From positions 1-24,311 of the forward strand of contig CAZJQC010000021.1 in the NCBI GenBank assembly GCA_964548195.1: a stretch of DNA of 24,311 nucleotides. Reading direction: 5' to 3'. Below the pieces are notes generated by a model. It saw only the letters and a program-made list of their open reading frames with translations. It was not told where the DNA came from and ran no database searches. Both the position numbers and the translations under genes were made by a program. The first letter of the stretch is position 1; every line of letters starts with the position of its first letter. This document shows positions 23,312-24,311 of this stretch, piece by piece. The DNA is from an uncultured bacterium. Lineage in GTDB: Bacteria > Macinerneyibacteriota > Macinerneyibacteria > Macinerneyibacteriales > DSCS01.

Positions 23312-24096
23312 TACTCCTCCCGCGGAATAATTCCGATTATGCCGCCTTCCGATCCGCCGCCCTTTAAGGGCATCATCGTAAGCGGATCTTTAAAGCGGGG
23401 CGCTATTTCCCTCAGCGGTTCAAGCACAAACGCACGTTCATGTATGCGCCTGTGTGGTATCTCAAGCGCTTCCGAGATGATCCTGCGTCTGCCGTAATAC
23501 AGTATGTCTATGTCTATGACCCGGGGGCGGTTCCTTTTGCTCCATTCCCTTCCGAGTTTCGATTCGATATCCTTCACAAAAACGAGCAGCGCCTCGGGCG
23601 CCATCTGCGTGCGGCCCTTTATCACGATATTGACAAAGTCGTCCTGCTCTGAAAAGCCCGCCGGCCTGCTCTCGTAATACGAAGAGGCCTTGTCCGCCAG
23701 CAGCATTCCTTCCCGGGTGAGCAGTTCGACCGCCTTTTCAATATTGCGCAGCTTGTCGCCTTTATTGCTGCCGAGACCCAGTATCACGGGGACATATTCC
23801 TCTGTCCTGGCAAACTCCGCTCCCGTTCCGTTTTTGTCTTCTTCCGTCACCCTGACGCCGAGATCGTTACATTCCGTCAAGGCGGCGAGTCTCGTTAAAA
23901 CGGCGTCCGCGAGTTCTCTGTGTCCGCCGGAAACACTATCAATAATAGACTGGATTTCTTTTTTTATCAACGCGACGTCGGGTATGGGATCAAAGGCAAA
24001 CTGTTCGTCAAATCCCATTGTCACCTCTAATGCGGCCCTGACGCTTTCGGCGGCGGAGGCGGCCTTTAGTTCCTGAAAAACAGAGATTTCGTACAT
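23311..24096 (-). CDS. folK: HPPK (FolK) with an extra ~100-aa N-terminal domain
   Basis: C-terminal HPPK motifs LGLGSN.G, SS.YES.P, Q.DFVN, IE..LGR, PR.IDIDIL and IPH....RAFVL.PL.EI. The first ~101 residues are not HPPK. Confidence 0.92.
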   Translation of the reverse strand: MYEISVFQELKAASAAESVRAALEVTMGFDEQFAFDPIPDVALIKKEIQSIIDSVSGGHRELADAVLTRLAALTECNDLGVRVTEEDKNGTGAEFARTEEYVPVILGLGSNKGDKLRNIEKAVELLTREGMLLADKASSYYESRPAGFSEQDDFVNIVIKGRTQMAPEALLVFVKDIESKLGREWSKRNRPRVIDIDILYYGRRRIISEALEIPHRRIHERAFVLEPLREIAPRFKDPLTMMPLKGGGSEGGIIGIIPREE

Positions 24097-24102
24097 AGGT
24101 CG

Positions 24103-24130
24103 ATAATATCATATCAACTGTGCATGTCAA
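24103..24130 (-). promoter_or_regulatory. Sigma70 promoter (extended -10) of the folK operon, probably leaderless
   Basis: Minus strand TTGACA(24130-24125)-N16 ending in TGA-TATTAT(24108-24103)-N6-ATG(24096), with no SD. Confidence 0.72.
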
Positions 24131-24139
24131 ACAAAAGGG

Positions 24140-24310
24140 TCAGCCCAGCGATACGTCCAATGTCATCATAATGGCAAATCCGGCCATAAAGCCGAGCGTC
24201 GCCAGGTCTATGTTCCCGTGCCGCTGCGATTCTGGCACGGCTTCCTCCACGACGACAAACATCATGGCTCCGGCCGCAAACGCAAGGGCATAGGGAAGCA
24301 TGGGCCTTAT
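24140..24310 (-). CDS. ZIP-family (GufA/ZupT-like) metal transporter, C-terminal fragment, missing from the ORF track
   Basis: Translated by hand: [56 protein letters not shown], the characteristic GufA-like C-terminus. Runs off the window end. Confidence 0.9.
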   Translation of the reverse strand: MRPMLPYALAFAAGAMMFVVVEEAVPESQRHGNIDLATLGFMAGFAIMMTLDVSLG

Positions 24311-24311
24311 C

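Noticed and set aside
1..24311. CRISPR arrays, IS or integrase genes, tRNA/rRNA, riboswitches and defence systems
   Set aside because: No spaced direct repeats, transposase or integrase motifs, or RNA-gene structures seen. Intergenic regions are short (at most ~220 bp) and largely explained by promoters and terminators. No covariance-model search was run.

Overview
Gene-dense chromosomal window from a bacterium that is probably a diderm anaerobe (inferred from a PpiD-like foldase, a sigma54-type promoter and buk/ptb genes); I cannot assign the taxon. Left end: surface-polysaccharide genes (three GT4-type glycosyltransferases and a wecB-family 2-epimerase, led by a PaaI thioesterase), a secreted alpha/beta-hydrolase-fold protein, a small secreted His/Cys protein and an orphan type IV pilin-like gene. 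Middle: the operon yceD-rpmF-fabH-fabD-fabG-acpP-fabF-rnc-radical SAM, which lacks plsX, and divergent from it a short RpoD/RpoS-like sigma factor behind a sigma54-type promoter. Right: an enlarged PpiD/SurA-type foldase, the operon folK(fusion)-panB-panC-comM/yifB-buk-ptb-ptb, and the 3' end of a ZIP (GufA-like) transporter. I saw no mobile element, CRISPR array, rRNA or tRNA. The most notable signals are (1) a putative sigma54-to-alternative-sigma cascade whose sigma factor has an altered region 4.2, (2) four transcription units that appear leaderless, (3) a degenerate QueD/PTPS-like domain fused to FolK, (4) a nested-repeat expansion of PpiD, (5) a secreted hydrolase lacking its catalytic His and (6) a secreted protein with N-terminal His and SOR-like ligands. 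All family assignments come from motif recognition by eye, not database searches.
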